In this document: positions 24,939-39,059 of the stretch, piece after piece
How positions within the stretch are numbered: the first letter of the stretch is position 1
How the letters are laid out: every line of letters begins with the position of its first letter
Assembly (NCBI RefSeq): GCF_022539665.2
Contig: NC_081333.1
Location: 6,262,001 to 6,326,000 of the forward strand
Direction of reading: 5' to 3'
DNA: 64,000 nt
Origin: Daphnia carinata
Lineage: Eukaryota
Notes under the pieces: model-generated
Database searches by the model: none
What the model saw: only the letters and a program-made list of their open reading frames with translations
Told to the model about the DNA's origin: nothing
Translations under genes and position numbers: made by a program

Positions 24939-25830
24939 TCTACGGGCTTTGCGTAAACGGGTGGGCGCTACAGTAGGTAAGCCGACGGGCAGGGATAGCG
25001 GGTGCGTTAAATAGGAAATAAAGAGTGGCATGACGGGCAAATATTGTGGGATGGATGACGGGCAGATTCAAAGAGTGGATCGACGGCCAACTATTATGGA
25101 CAATTTTGCAGTTTGTAAGTGGACCGACGGGCAGAGACGGTACGGAGGAAGAGTAGGTGACGGGCAGAGGCAAAGAATAGGTGGATGGCCGGGCAACTAC
25201 AGCGGGCATTTTGACGGGCTGGGACTGGGAGGGAAGGACGGACAAATGCTACGAAAAGTCGATGGGTGATACATCATACGTTTTGGCGGGGAGACAATGG
25301 GTCGACGGGCAGAGAGTGGGCCGATGGGCAGAGAGGGGGGTCAACGGGCAACAACAGCGAGTTTCTTGGCGGGCAACGTGGGTTGACGGGTAGAGACTTT
25401 ACGAGAGAAGACGGGTAGAAGCAAAAAATGGTTGGACGGGCAATTATCGCGTTTTGACGGACAGAGACTGAACAAAAGGACAGACAAACGCAAAAAAGGT
25501 AGATGTGCCTCTACAGTAAGCGTTTTGGCGGGGAAAGAATGGATTGACGGGCTGAGAGTGGTTTTACGGGCACAAAGCGGGTTGACGGGCAGGGAGTGGG
25601 TTGACGGGCAGAGAAGGGCTCGACGGGCAACTTCAGCTGGGTTCTTGGCGGGCAGAGAAAGTGAGGTCATGGACGGGCGTAAGCAGTGAGTGGGTCGGCG
25701 GGCAAGAAAGGGGAACTCCTTATTAAAAAGAATTAAGCCTAGACGGGCGAAAAATATGCGTGGGTCGATTTACTGAAAAATAGCGTTAAAATACGCTAGC
25801 GCCACCTATCCCACGGCCCTGCACGGGCCT
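24939..25830. repeat. GC-rich degenerate repeat built on GACGGGCAGAG units
   Basis: More than 20 GACGGG/GCGGG motifs at irregular spacing. A related stretch on the opposite strand lies at about 13270-13560. Confidence 0.6.
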
Positions 25831-27106
25831 AAACTTACTACTAAACTAATATAAATCAGATATACTTATAAACATAATCTCACAAAATGGTTCACGTTAT
25901 TGCCACGTTTTCAGACAAAGGAGGAATGGAAAAATCATTTCAAGGGAAGGAGACCTTCAAAGAAACCGAAAAAGAAGACTGCTTAATGACACGTTCAGCG
26001 ACTGCAAGGAGGGAGTCGGTCCTTTCTATGTCCCATTGTCCCATTCTCGGCCGTTTACATCACCGTCTTGCATCAGAACACGTCCCTCATTCAGCCAGCA
26101 AACACTGCATTTTTTTGCCATTTTCAGACAGAACGCAATCTCGTTCATCATCTAAAAGAATAACCTGCGATAATTTTCAGACACTTGGCAATCTATACAT
26201 CGAACCACCGAATACCAAATTTCGTCTCCTGGCGGGATTCCTTTTTCTGCACTAGACAGAGAAGATGCTGGTATAAAGTTGCCCGATTTATTTTAAGGCC
26301 AACTGAAGTTCGAAATGCACCGTACGTTACTCCGTCAGATGACGAAACATTTGCTTGCCTGTCTGAAAATGGCTAGGGTATTATAAATACGTTAATGGAA
26401 AAAATCGAAAATCGGTCTACTAACCAATGAATAATAAGAAGTAAAAGTGTGTATTTCGTTTACGTTGTTTGATCTACGGCAAAGTATTAGAAAATAACTG
26501 TTTTTGCCCCTTTATACCACATACGTTCTTGAGGTAAGTAAGTCGAATCATGTAGGCCTACTGAAACAAATCCAAGTTTATTATGAAACTTGGAAATAAA
26601 TGGCAGAACCAGCCTCATTTTGAGGAGGAAACAGGACAGCTTTCTAACAATGAATGGAGACTAACACAGGATCTTGTTTAAAAGTGGCAAAAGAATTCCA
26701 TTAAGAACTTCGTTTTAATTGTTACCCGAGTTGAAAAGATCATAGGTTCAGTGGAAATACTAGCCTAATTGAGTGACGGAACAAACTGTTTACCGAACAC
26801 CGTACAGAAATTTTCTACAGAAAAAAACTAGTGTGCTATTAAATATGGCAGAGAAAACACCAACTATTCGAGCAACAACAAATTCTTGTAGAATGAAGTT
26901 AGACGATTTTTCTTACAACTAGGTGTTGATGTCACCAGAATTTCAATTCTGAGGAGCCCCGTCGTTCCAATGTTCGAAGAGATATAGGACGATTTGACTT
27001 ACGATAGCTTTGATCATGTACCGTTCGCCGAATAATCACCACATCCTGAGGCAACAGAGTCATTGATACCGCATTTAACACATTTTTTTTCTCTAGGTTT
27101 AAGCAA

Positions 27107-28081
27107 TTATCCCTTTAACCATCCTTGTGTATTTTTCATTCTTGCTTCGATTACCATATTGTCAGGTTTGTTAGTAGTAGTATTCGAATGTTGCTTGCCA
27201 ACCTGATCTGGTTCCGGAGCTGTCCGTCGTGAATCGTAACCGAATTTCATTTGCGCTCGAATATACGGTAGAAGTTGTGGATGGTCCGTCATGAACCTAA
27301 TAGTTGATATATTTAAAAGATAAAGATTTTGGATATGGAGATACAAACTGAGTTGGTTGGCAACTATTCAAAAATATTGCGAAATCGAGGAAAATTTTTT
27401 TAACCTCGTGCAATTCACGTAAGCAACATGGAAAAATTCTATACCCTAATGCACTTCGCCGTCGAGTCGAGTTACCAACCTCTCTATATAGACAGTAGTA
27501 ATATTTGCGTTATCTTACTTCAACGAAATCGTAACCCGATTCTGTGTTAAAAGAATTGAAGTACAATCGCACTCGATAGCCGCATGGTACTTGGACTAAA
27601 TAGCGGCAATCAAGCCAGTTTCCGTATTCGTTTGGGTAGTTTGGTGACTCGATGATGCCGCTGTACCCGCTAATTAAACCGCCACAGCTAGAAGGTTCTG
27701 CAAAGCACAAAAGAAAACGTATAGAAATCAAATTCAAGTAAATGTCAAAGGATCCAAGTGAATCCGTAATCGATCCGTAAGCAAACATATACAAGGTCTT
27801 ACCCGATGGGCTTCCTGTTGTCACGTCCCACGGATAAGTCGTTAGGTAGTCTGTTTCTGTTGAGCTGCCTTCAAAATTTTAATAAACAAATGTTGAAAAT
27901 GAAACCGGTAACTTTCTCATATACGGAAACACAGAAATGGGTACTTAAAAAAAGCACTCCATGCTTTCTCCGTCTAATTTACTGGAGACAAGGCTGGTGT
28001 TTGTTAAAACCGTCATGTTCAATGTTATGTTACAGCTCAAAAGTATAGGCCTACCGCAGATAATTGGAGCGTATGTTGAAG
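27107..28081 (-). pseudogene. CUB-domain protein fragment
   Basis: CGGLISGYSGIIESPNYPNEYGNWLDCRYLVQVPCGYRVRLYFNSFNTESGYDFVE is the first half of a canonical CUB domain. The 5' side is cut by the transposon end at 28083. Confidence 0.75.
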
Positions 28082-28082
28082 T

Positions 28083-28180
28083 GGTAGCCGGAGAAATAGG
28101 ACCTGGAGAAATAGGACCCGGAGATTTAGGACCTACAAATAGGACCTGGAGAAATAGCACCTGGAGGAGTAGGACCACAA
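28083..28180 (+). mobile_element. Terminus of the GGAGAAATAGGACC MULE-like family
   Basis: Begins GGTAGCCGGAGAAATAGG as at 15477, with about 15-bp tandem units. Confidence 0.65.
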
Positions 28181-29052
28181 GTCCGCGCAAATCCTTGTGG
28201 CATTTACACACACCGTGGAGCAACCAGGTTTCTATGACTCTGCCCTTGCGCAAAATATTGTTTTTTACGATATATATGGCAACGGTTACTACAAGCAGAC
28301 GACTGTTGCAAGCTCGAAGTGTCAACATCCTACAATTCTATGAATCGTTTAAGTTGCTTATTGTAAGCGGTGTTTGTTTGACAGGTAAGTGGCTAGTTTC
28401 AGTAAAATAAAAAAAATTTTATTTCCTAGGTTTGGCAGTTTTGGTACATTTCAAATTCATGTTGGCATTAGCACCACAGAAGAAAAAAATTTACTTGGAA
28501 GGAAAGGTATTTAAAGTATAGACATAATTTTATTAATTGCAGTTGGAAATTTGACACAGATTACTAATCCGAAATGTTTCTTAGGTGGTTACTATCAAGG
28601 AGAATCATGAAACTAGAGCATGATTTACCATGAACCATTTGGGAACCAACTTGTTAGCTGCCTTATAACTATCATCCTTCTGGTAATCTAGATGTTCACA
28701 GATTTTTTGTTTGTGAAATTTATGTAATCATTTTTCTTATCGTTCAGATGAAATAACAGCATTACAGCTGTTAGTAACGTCAAGACATTAATCTCAAGAT
28801 GCAAGTACTGAGCTTTAACAGATTTCAATTTACATAAGCAAGACAACCAATTCTGTTGTTGAGGAGAAAACCAACTACACACCCAGCTATGAATGGTAAA
28901 ATATGTGTAATTGAATCTAAATTAATTTTATTTTTATGGTTTAAAGGCTTTTCGTTCTTACGTTCACGTTCAAGGCTACAACTCATCGAATCGGACTTTT
29001 ATAAGCATGCCATAAAATATCTCGCCAATTTTAATTGAATCATTTGTTCTAG

Positions 29053-29617
29053 GTCTTAGTCATTGGTGAAGAAAACCACTTGCCTTACATGAGGCCACCA
29101 CTATCGCGTAAGAATTGTGGTTCATGGACGATCCCGAAGTGTCAAACAAACTGAAGTTTAAGCAGTGGAATGGAAAAAAGTGAAGGTGATTGTCTAAAGT
29201 TATAATTTTGTGTTGCGTTATTTTAATGAATGTGACCTATTTTTGGATCCAGTTTGTTCTTCGATCAGGATGAATTCTACTGCAGTCCAGTGGAATTAGT
29301 TGCCAAAGAAAATGGTGGTGTTTCAGTTGTGCGACGACATCATGTAGTTAAACTGGACATTGCTGGTCGCAAAGCTGAGTTAGATGACGGCCTTACCATC
29401 ACCTACGACAAGTGCCTTATTGCCACAGGTGAATTTCTTTCGTATTTATCTAAAATTTAAAGTACTCGATAATTATAACTTTTTGGAATGTTGAAAAACT
29501 TTTATAATCTTCCTACTAGATAGTATCTGAGAGCCATTGTTTAATTATCATTTCAGTTAGACGCATTTTCAACTATTAACTACCTTAATTTATTATCGTC
29601 TTAGGTGGCAAACCCTA
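29053..29617 (+). pseudogene. AIFM1: Apoptosis-inducing factor 1 fragment (possible 5' exons from ATG 28276)
   Basis: VLVIGEE.HLPYMRPPLS/ELWF...KLKFKQWNGKK*R/SLFF...ENGGV.V...YDKCLIATG/GKP*. It contains a frameshift and stops and is truncated before a CACTA element. Confidence 0.85.
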
Positions 29618-29728
29618 ACATCCAGCAGGAATAAAGATGGTAAAAACCCGGATTCGTTCCATGTTGTTCATTCTTGTTGCATGCTATATTATATGTTATT
29701 GTTCGTTTTTCTTGTTCGTAATTTTCAT

Positions 29729-31827
29729 CCCACATAGCACATCTCTGCCGTCGGATGTCCGACTGTGATCCGAACATCCGTTAGATATCCTGCGCCATAT
29801 CAGGTTGTTCCATGGATGTCCGTCGGCTATTAGAATTTGAAGCCCGGTGGAGGTGCCAAAACAAGATCCTGAGGACGTCCCTGCAACAGCAAAGAAGAGT
29901 TTCAAATTTTTTTCTTTTTTCTAAATAAACGTTGTTAAAAAAAGAGAATTTAAACCATGTTTTAAATTGATTTCGAAAAGACCTCTTAGGTTTTGATTCA
30001 ACTTGAAAAAGCTTTGTTAAAGATCACCATACGTAAAAATAATGTTATATAATTGAACGGTCGTTGAAAAAAATTATTTGATTAAAAATTAGACCATGGC
30101 GAATGAAATAACAAAATGTTAAACACATTACATAATACATTGTACATTGCAATATATTTATCTCATCATATCTTACTCAATTTTCAACATACGTTACAAT
30201 AATAATTTTAATTTTCAATTATTTTTTAATTAAATAATTACAATTCCTAACATTATTCATCTGATTTGTGTCAAACCTAGATTAAAATACCTTATCTCCT
30301 CGTTCATCCTACAAAGGTAGATAATGCCGTTACCAATAAACCAATCTTAATAATGATAAAAGTAAATACATTCGGCAATTGCTCGAAGTGCCAAAATTCC
30401 TGACTCTTTTTATCTCCCAATCCACACAGAAAAGTGTCTCCTTCAGAATGATAAAGGAACAGGTAACAAATTGTCTTTAAAAACATTTGCTAAAACGTCA
30501 AAAGTTGTTTGTGTTAAAATGGGGAAGATTAGGTAACCATTTACGGCCAAGAACCCCATCAATACCTTAAAGAAGAGCACGTAAAGTGTTTGCTGAAACG
30601 TACATGTTAATGAAACTGTCTGTTGGACTCACCAAATGTGTAGAGTTGAAATTTCTCCCTCACTGTGGGCTCATTTTGGCTCGGGGAGCCACAACCTCAA
30701 TAGAAAAATATACAAAATCATTTGGAAGATAGCAGTGGTAAATAATTCCATTCATCTCTAAGTATAAATTGTCGAACTCTGATATCTAAATATAAGAAAA
30801 ATGTAACGTTAACCAAAATAAACTACAGTAAATGTAAACTTGCCTGATATTCTTCTGATGTCTCACTCGAGCAGACGTTACTTTAACAATCGCCAACTGA
30901 ATTCAAATTTAGCATTGAGAGGTAACCCAATGTTAATAAATAATTCACAATTATCATCTAAAACGGACTTTAAAAACTTACTGTAATGTTTAAACTATAT
31001 CCTTGTAAAAAACTCCTTCAATAATCAAGTTATTATATAAAAAGATTTTTGAGATGAAACCATTCCCCGGTGTTTAGGGAAAGACTACTGAAATGATAAA
31101 TAATGGTAGTTTCGAATTTCCAATTTTCGCATGCTGATTCAGCATTTCAGCTAGTCCTCGTTTAGTTGTTCGTGGTGTAGCTTATCGTATGTGCTGTTTA
31201 TGTGCTGCGTCTGGAGTTTTCGTGTAACATTAAGTGAATTTCGCGTTTGGAACTTTTCTCGTTAGCAACTAGTGCTTCTGTTACTCTGTGGGCTACTACC
31301 GTCTTCCGATTTTGTGTGTGCTGTGCCGTTCCGGATTACTTTCAGTGCCTATGTGCTTCTCTCGATGCTGTCCAGCGGCCTGATCTGTTCCTCTCCAGCT
31401 GCGTAGTCTTCCTATTGAGGCCCCTCACTATAGATTATTAAAATGATCAGTTTTTTATTTGTCTTCCAAACTTGAAAGTTACATGTTGTATCTTATATGT
31501 CGGTATATATCAATACAAAGAAATTTCTCACCATAATTCCATCGTTGTGTTACATTATTTATTTTTCATACTTTACTTTAGCCAGGAATGCTTAAACAAA
31601 GGTATTTCCATAATTCTCACATGTTCAGAGCATGTTCTTTTCCCGTCCAACAGGACTTCCCTCGAATATCAATCGGCATATTCCCGGGAGGTCTTCTAAT
31701 ATTCCGTCGGCATCCGATGGACATCCAACCAGGAGGTCGGGCAGTTCCACGGATGTTCGTAAGATGTCATCGTTATCCAAATAGGATATACCACGGATGT
31801 CCGTGGGACCGAATTGTGCTATGTGGG
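29729..31827. mobile_element. Non-autonomous CACTA/EnSpm-like element
   Basis: TIR CCCACATAGCACA at both ends, a 2-bp AT TSD, and GGATGTCC-type subterminal repeats at both ends. Confidence 0.8.
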
Positions 31828-33134
31828 ATTCATCAAACCTGAGTTTTTTTTCTTTCTTAGTTTTGGAAGCAGTTGAAAGGCCCGCAAAGTAAAACAACAG
31901 TTATTCGACTTTCTCCATCAGCAACAACAGCAGCCTGAGCAACGGCCGCATAGCAGTGTGAAAAGAAAGTGAAAAAAATTCAAGTCAGTTGCCATTTTTC
32001 TTTATACTATTTGCCATACTTTGTGTTAACGTCGTAAGACTTTAAATTACCAAATTTATCTTTGCAGATCTCGGACGCAGTGCAGTTGTTCGCCGATTAT
32101 CCGAAGAGCATACAAAACTATTTATACGATGTCGATGGCAATATTCTGCTTGATGTTTATTTACACTCAAACCTCTTCAGTTCCATTGGGTTACAACCAC
32201 CCTGAATTATTAGATGTCAAGATAAAGAAAACATCAGAACGTAATTGAATTGATTATTTACCTGTCTGGGCAACATCAAAATTTTAATTTATATTTCTCA
32301 AAGATTCATAAACCGACCTGCCGTCGGTGTATTTCCTGGTGAAAATTATCCTCAGCGAGTCCAGAATTCTCTGTTACGTATTGCTCCCAAAGGCCATACA
32401 GAGGTAAGTTGTAGCTCCTTAATTGTTCCGACCAATTGCAAATAATAAAAAATATATTTAAAGGTAACGACGATGGCGTGTGGATCGTGCTCAAACGAAA
32501 ATGCGTACAAGGCAATTTTCGTTTGGTATCGCCGGAAACAGAGGGGAGATAAGTCATATACCCCAGAGGAGAAGACGAGTTGCGTAATGAACCAATTGCC
32601 TGGTGTTTCTGACCTGACTCTTATGTCTTTCAAAGGTATTTAGAAACACGTTACAATGTTGAATCAATATTAAATTAAAGCCTTTACTCTGTTACAAAAG
32701 GCGCTTTCCACGACAGAACGTTTGGTACGTTAATCACGACTCATACCAAGCCAGTCCATAAACTGGACATTCCTACAAAGGACTGGCCAATTGGATCCTT
32801 CCCTCGCCACAAGGTTAGTTTTAAAATTTCAATTAGGCTCAAACTATTACCTGATCTCATATTTCTTGTAATTTTACATCCGTTGGAAGAATTTGTGCGT
32901 GAAAATGAGGAAGAAGATCGTCGCTGTTTGGCGGAAGTTGAAGAGCTTTTTGATCGGTACAACAAATGTAAATAATATGCTTACCTGGATTTAGTTCGTC
33001 TGGTGCTACCGAAGTCAAATCGAAAAGTTTTTTTGAATTTCTTGTTTAATTATTTGTATTTTGTAAAAATAAATGATATGTAAATCAATTACCAAAAATT
33101 TATGGTTTTATTTTAATTTAAACAAATTTTCTTG

Positions 33135-33430
33135 CGTCCTTTGGCTGCCGCGATCCGGACATTCCGCGGATGTTCCAATACGTACGTTCACTGAACGTAC
33201 GGATTTGCCATCCTGCAGACGTCCAACTAAGGACGTCCGTAGTACTCCCAAATAAGGACGTTACCAGGACTTCCAATTAATTACGTCCGTAGGACGTCCT
33301 CCAGTGGACGTCCCTAAAACCGGACATTAGGACATCCTGGTGACGTACATCTGCCGTCATAATGGGACGTCCCGATCGGCCAGCCAGGACGTAGATGGGA
33401 TGTCCCTGGGACGGACAAAGGCTAGTAGGG
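33135..33430 (-). mobile_element. Orphan CACTA-like terminus
   Basis: Ends CCCTACTAGCC on the minus strand, preceded by many GGACGTCC subrepeats. Confidence 0.55.
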
Positions 33431-34479
33431 TATGTATGTGCTATAATCTTTTTGTTTAAGGAAGGCAAGCCAGCATATGTCATCCAATTTCAGGGGAAAC
33501 GCAGGACTCTGATAAAATGAAAACTCAACTTAAACGGAAGTTAGATAAGTTGGAGAAGAAGAAACTAAACAAACAAAGGAAAAATAACAGATGCCAAGGT
33601 AAACTTTGATTTCGACAAAAAAAAATAGACCTTCAACTAATTTTACTTTTCTGTATTACAACAGATAAAAGAATACTAAGCGCAATAGGTTAAAAAAAAA
33701 TGTGGAATTGATTGCGAGCTTCATAAACCAATTAGGAAAGAGAATAAAATCAACATCACAAACGAGAAAGAAGTTGGTTGAACGCATCGAAAAACAAGAA
33801 AAGAGAAAGGAACAACAACAGAAAAGGGATAAATCAACATTAAGAAAACGAAAAATGAAAGGAAAGCATAAACTGAATAAACTAGCAAAAAAAACAAACT
33901 TATCGTATGAATTGCCGATATTGACATGGATGAGCTGCCTCGTGTTCCATTATTTACAGGCCGTGCCATGATAGTTTTGTATAACAATACACTGGCATGC
34001 CTTCCATGATCCGAGCGGAACTCATTATTTTCGTTCTTGCCACGTAGGTCTCTATTTATGGTTTTGCGGCAAATATTTTTTTTATTAAAAAATGTGCTTG
34101 TCTTAAAATATATATATGTAATTTTTTTCTTATTTATCAGTGTATTAAGGAGTACTTAGGGGAAGGCATGCCCCTCGTCTCCGGGAATTCGCATGGAATA
34201 AGGATATCAGCCAGGGGGGAGGGTGATACTAGGACTGGAAAAGCCATTAACGAAAGGTCAAGGGCAAAAAATCAAACACTGTGTAAAAATAAATATAACT
34301 TTTATACATGAGCTGTGTAAAGCAATAGATAATGCGTGTAATCGTGCAAAAAAATACAAATATGAATTCAAACAAAAAAGTTATGATGGACTGATTACAC
34401 GAGCAATTGATAACGTGGTTTAGAGTGCGGAAAACTACATATGCCGTCCGGTTCTGACTTTATAACAGCGGGCATTAGG

Positions 34480-34666
34480 GCTATTTCCTAAGGAGAATTA
34501 GGACCAATTCTAAGGAGAAATAGGACCCTTATGATGGAGAAATAGGACCCTTCAAAATATGTTAGAAGATTGGGTCCTAATTCTCCGGGTCCTATTTCTA
34601 CAGGTCCTATTTTCGGGTCCTGAATCTCCGGGTCCTATTTCTCCAGGTCCTAATTCTCCGGCAATC
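34480..34666 (-). mobile_element. Terminus of the GGAGAAATAGGACC MULE-like family, truncating the Copia
   Basis: Inverted tandem GGTCCTATTTCTCC units ending CCGGCAATC. Confidence 0.65.
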
Positions 34667-37102
34667 GTAGAAATGTGGGCCGAAGCCACAGCGTGTGCTG
34701 TTTACCTTCAAAATCGTGTACTATGTAAATCTATGGCAGACATGACTCCATATCAAGGGTGGCATGGACGAAAACCAAATTTGTCTCATATTTGCATTTT
34801 TTGGTTCAGTTGCCTACATGCATATTCCCAAGGATGAAAGATTCAAATTTGATCGAAAAGGGCTAAAATGTCTGTTAGTCGGCTACTCTGAGACACAAAA
34901 AGCTTTTCGTCTATGGGATCCAGTGTCAAGAAAAATAAAAATTTCCAGAGACGTCATCTTCGATGAATCTGCCGAAAAACCAAACTCTATTTTAATAATC
35001 CCTTCATCCAATAACTACTTTAAGTGTAACATTGAAAGCAAAAATGGAAAGGGTGGGGGAGCATCAGTTTCCATCGGACGTGCCGCCGAGTCCATTTCTC
35101 ATGCTAACAATGAAACTTTCGATCGTGATGAAGCTCAAAATACCGAACGACAACCTGTAATCGAAGAGCATATTGCCGATCCGTTCCATGGATTTACACC
35201 ACCCAAACCATCACCTAGAATCAGAAAGAAACCACAAAGGCTGATTGAAGATCCTAATTTTCTGAGCTTGACAGTGCCTGCTCTTCTCATCCATGAAATG
35301 GAAGAACCCCAATCGTACGTTGAAGCCATTTCATGTCACCAATCAAAAGAGTGGAAGCAAGCCATGCAGGAAGAAATTGATTCACTAAACCAGCATGGGA
35401 TTTGGCGACTTGAAAAGCTTCCCGAAAGACGCCGCACAGTGAAGAACAAATGGCTCTTCAAAATCAAGCACGATGCTGACGGAAAGGCAACTCGTTTTAA
35501 AGCTCGCTTAGTTGCAAAAGGATTCTCTCAGAGGGAAGGGATCGACTATGATGAGACGTATGCTCCTGTCGTCCGATATGAGTCAGTGCGAACAATACTA
35601 GCAACTGCAGCAACACTCGATCTTGAAATCATTCAACTTGACGTAAAAACAGCGTTCCTGCATGGTGACCTTTCTGAGGAAATTTACATGGACCAGCCCC
35701 AAGGATTTATTGTAGCAGATCAAAGTACTGCTGTGTGTAGACTCATGAAAAGTCTTTATGGACTCAAACAGGCTTCGAGAACGTGGAACATGAAGTTTGA
35801 CAGTTTTCTTCTAAAGTTTGGATTCGTTCGCAGCAATGCTGATTCATGTGTGTATTTTCGTCAAGATGAAAATGGATGTCTAATTTTGGCCTTGTGGGTT
35901 GATGATGGGCTTCTGTGCGGTTCTTCCAGGAATAAGCTTACGGAGGTCGTCAGTTACCTACGTGACCAACTGGATATAACAACTATTTTATTGGCATCAG
36001 GATCACTCGAGACCGGTTAAATCGGACTATAACTTTGTCTCAAGAACAATACGTTGGTCGCGTTCTGAAGCGATTTGGTATGTCGGACTGCAACCCTAAG
36101 ATTGTTCCTGCCGACTCGTTCACAAATCTTAATTCAACTGGTCTCGGTGACGGAGAAAGTGTTGATGATTTTGATTCTGCACTCTATCGCGAGGAGGACG
36201 ATTGTCTGATAAGCAGTGGGGACGATTATGTACTTGATGGTTTGTACTCGTCCAGACATCGCATACGCAGTAGGACAAGTTGCACAACACTAGTCAACCT
36301 AAACCTGCTCACTGGAAAGCTGTGCGAAGAATCCTAGCTTATTTAAAAGGAACATCCAATTACGGAATCTCATATCATAATACTGAATCTCCTCATTCGC
36401 TTCTAGCCTATTCTGCTTCAGATTATGCCGGTGACACGGTGTCGCGTAGATCCACATCTGGCTACATCCTTTTGCTAAATGGAGGGCCTATTACTTGGGC
36501 AAGCCGGCGACAGCAGTGTGTTTCACTTTTAACTACTGAAGCTGAGTACATCGCGATGTGTGAGGCCACAAAGGAGGTGACATGGATGCGGCGACTGCTT
36601 AGCGACATTGGCTCAGAACAAACTGAACCGACAACTCTAAAATCAGACAATCAAGGCGCTATCAAGCTAGTGTCCAACCCTGAGTTTCATCGTCGTACAA
36701 AATATATTGACGTCAAGTATCACTATGTTCGACAACAATACCAAGCCGGAGTCATAAAAATTGATTACGTTGGAACGAAGAACCAGTTAGCTGATCTACT
36801 CACCAAGGCGTTGACAGGACCAGCATTTCAAGATATGCGATACCAAATTGGAGTTCAAGCTTTACATGCGGTTTGAATGGGGATGTTGTTTTTTGTATTG
36901 TGTCAAACCGACGTTAATTCTCTCTTCTGATTTAATCCGGCAATGTTGCTCCCTACTCAGTTAAGTCAGTAGTGTAAGCTCAAGTGTAAGCTCAAGTGTG
37001 TGCTCAAGTGTGTACTCAAGTGTGTTCTGACTGATTACAATTAAGTAATAAAAGTGAAAACGTTACTCGCTAGTTCGGCTACTTTGTGAAGTTAATTCAA
37101 CA
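34667..37102 (+). mobile_element. Ty1/Copia retrotransposon, 5'-truncated (integrase end, RT, RNase H, PPT, 3' LTR 36884-37102)
   Basis: Motifs WAEA..CAVYLQNR, RFKARLVAKGFSQ, QLDVKTAFL, SLYGLKQA, WVDD, RRSTSG, TEAEY, QLADLLTKAL, in integrase-RT order. LTR TGTTG...CAACA follows a purine tract. Several frameshifts. Confidence 0.95.
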
Positions 37103-38998
37103 GGATCTTGAAGTTTGGAGGTTGTAGACGACTGCAACAGCTGCTGTGAGGACGATGACTATGGGTATGAGAACGTTCAGAACGCTCATCTTCGTCGTGG
37201 TCCGTAGGGTCGCAACTGGACATCATCGTGGCCCTCTCCCCTCGCCGTGGGTCTCGTGGAGATGCATCGGCGGCGACTAATCTTCTACGATGTCGGACTG
37301 CGTCTTCCATCGTGCGGAGGGGTGACAGGGTTGAGATGTCTTGGCGAGTTGGTAGGACTTGTGGTCGCTCAGAAGGTCGCTGATATTGAATCGCTTGTGG
37401 TTGAGCTTTCATCTCGTCCATTTCTGATCGTAGACCTTCGATTTTAACGTTCAACTCCACCTTAACTGTGTCAATCTTCTGATCTAAACCGTCCAACGTG
37501 TGAGTTGCTTCCCGGACTAACGTGTTGTTGGTCGCTATGTCTTGGGACGGGACTCTTGAACTATCAATGAGCTTACTCAGTTGTTCGCTCATGCTCCTTA
37601 ACGCCTTTTTGAGGGTTTCTGTGATGGAAGTTGTGTTTGCTTCCATCTTAGCCCTTGCCGTTTCCAACTTCAATTCCAGCTTCAGCATCTGGGCTTCAGT
37701 CTCCAACTCTCCTTGGGTTGATTGTTGGAGAAGGCTTGCTGGTTTAACGTTGGTACGCCTCTTTCCAGATAACGTGGTACTACATGTGATGTCCGAAGCT
37801 GATATCCCTATCGAACTGACGGACTGATTTGAGGAAGGGGCGTAGCGACTTGCGAATTTGATAACTTCAACGTGGTCTGTTTCGAAGTCTGCTTCCCACT
37901 TGTCACATGCTTGACGTTGTTGCTCAGTGAGGTCGGATATACTTTCTGTATATTGGTTGTAAATTGCTTTGACTTCATCGTAAATACGAATCAATTCGTC
38001 ACGCCATGCTGCTACTTGCAATTTCTTCAATCTGATGGCTCCCATCTTGTGGTCGCCACAGCCTTTCTGAGTTGTGTCGTTAACTTCGTGTGGGCCGCCT
38101 TTCTCTTCCCACGCTTCTTCTTGAGATCGTTTTCGGGAAGTAATGGCCGTTCACTCTTCTGCCGTTCAGGTTTCGATGCGTCTACCATTGGGTTCGGGCC
38201 GCGTTCCCAAATGTGGCCAATTTCCATATTTTCGGCTTTGGGAACGGCTTCACTCATGACGTACAAACGTTATTTTAGGCTGATAGAGTCATACGTTAAC
38301 GGATGTCGATGATTCACGTAGATACACCGATCTTCTAGTCAGATGGCAAACGCGTGGCGGACAGGTGGGTGCCTTCAGGCTGGCGTGGACGTTTGCCAAA
38401 GGTTTACAGGGAGAATACCCGACAATTTACAAATCAAGCGAGGGTTTTACTAACGAGGACGGGAAATGCACGTGTTCGTCAAATCCCGGGTTTCGGCACC
38501 ATTTGTTCTTGACTCCCGTGCAAAGAGTCGTAACAAAGAAGAATGAGGGATGAGTGGTGATAGAGATGAAATGCAAATGACGATGATATAAAACAAAAAG
38601 GGAATACTGCTTTATTTCAAAGTTTGAAAGGAACAAAAACCGCACGCTTGCTTCAACAAAACCGAGAGGACGAAAAACGAGACAACTTGTCTGAGTTTGA
38701 AGAAAAGAGGAGACGAAAAGAAAAATGACTGTCTGGGTCGGCTTACAATACAACATTACTAATTGTAATTACATTATTACAATACTACCCCTTCCCATAG
38801 AAAGGGGTAAAAAGCAAACGAAATGGGCACACAGAAATACTGTGTAGGCCCGTGCCCCCTACAGCCCTGCCCGCGAGGGCAGCACCGTAGGTGACAGCAA
38901 CTAAATTTCTTCAGATGAGACAAGTTAACTTGATTGAGAATCCAGTGGGATTGTGGCGATGTTTACTTGTAATTGCCATTATTCTAATATCCTGAACA
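37103..38998 (-). mobile_element. BEL/Pao-like retrotransposon 5' part: LTR 38504-38998, tRNA-Phe PBS, frameshifted gag
   Basis: LTR TGTTC...GAACA. The PBS TGGTGCCGAAACCCGGGA (38501-38484) is complementary to the tRNA-Phe 3' end. Coiled-coil gag ORFs at 38266-37092 are interrupted by the Copia. The superfamily call rests on gag style only. Confidence 0.7.
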
Positions 38999-39059
38999 AG
39001 ATAGTATAAAAAACATCCCTGACAATATAAATCTGTCCGAACAGAACACGAAATTTTAA

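Noticed and set aside
25880..27060. hAT transposase relic
   Set aside because: Only a short LSNNEW-like hint, with no termini or catalytic motifs I can support.
27945..28410. Collagen-like or GPISP repeat proteins (also the RRKRP ORFs at 4556-4927 and 41323-41553)
   Set aside because: These are translations of transposon subterminal tandem repeats.
28083..34666. One large MULE spanning the two GGAGAAATAGG termini
   Set aside because: No exact 9-bp TSD, and the flanks are unrelated (CUB exon versus Copia integrase).
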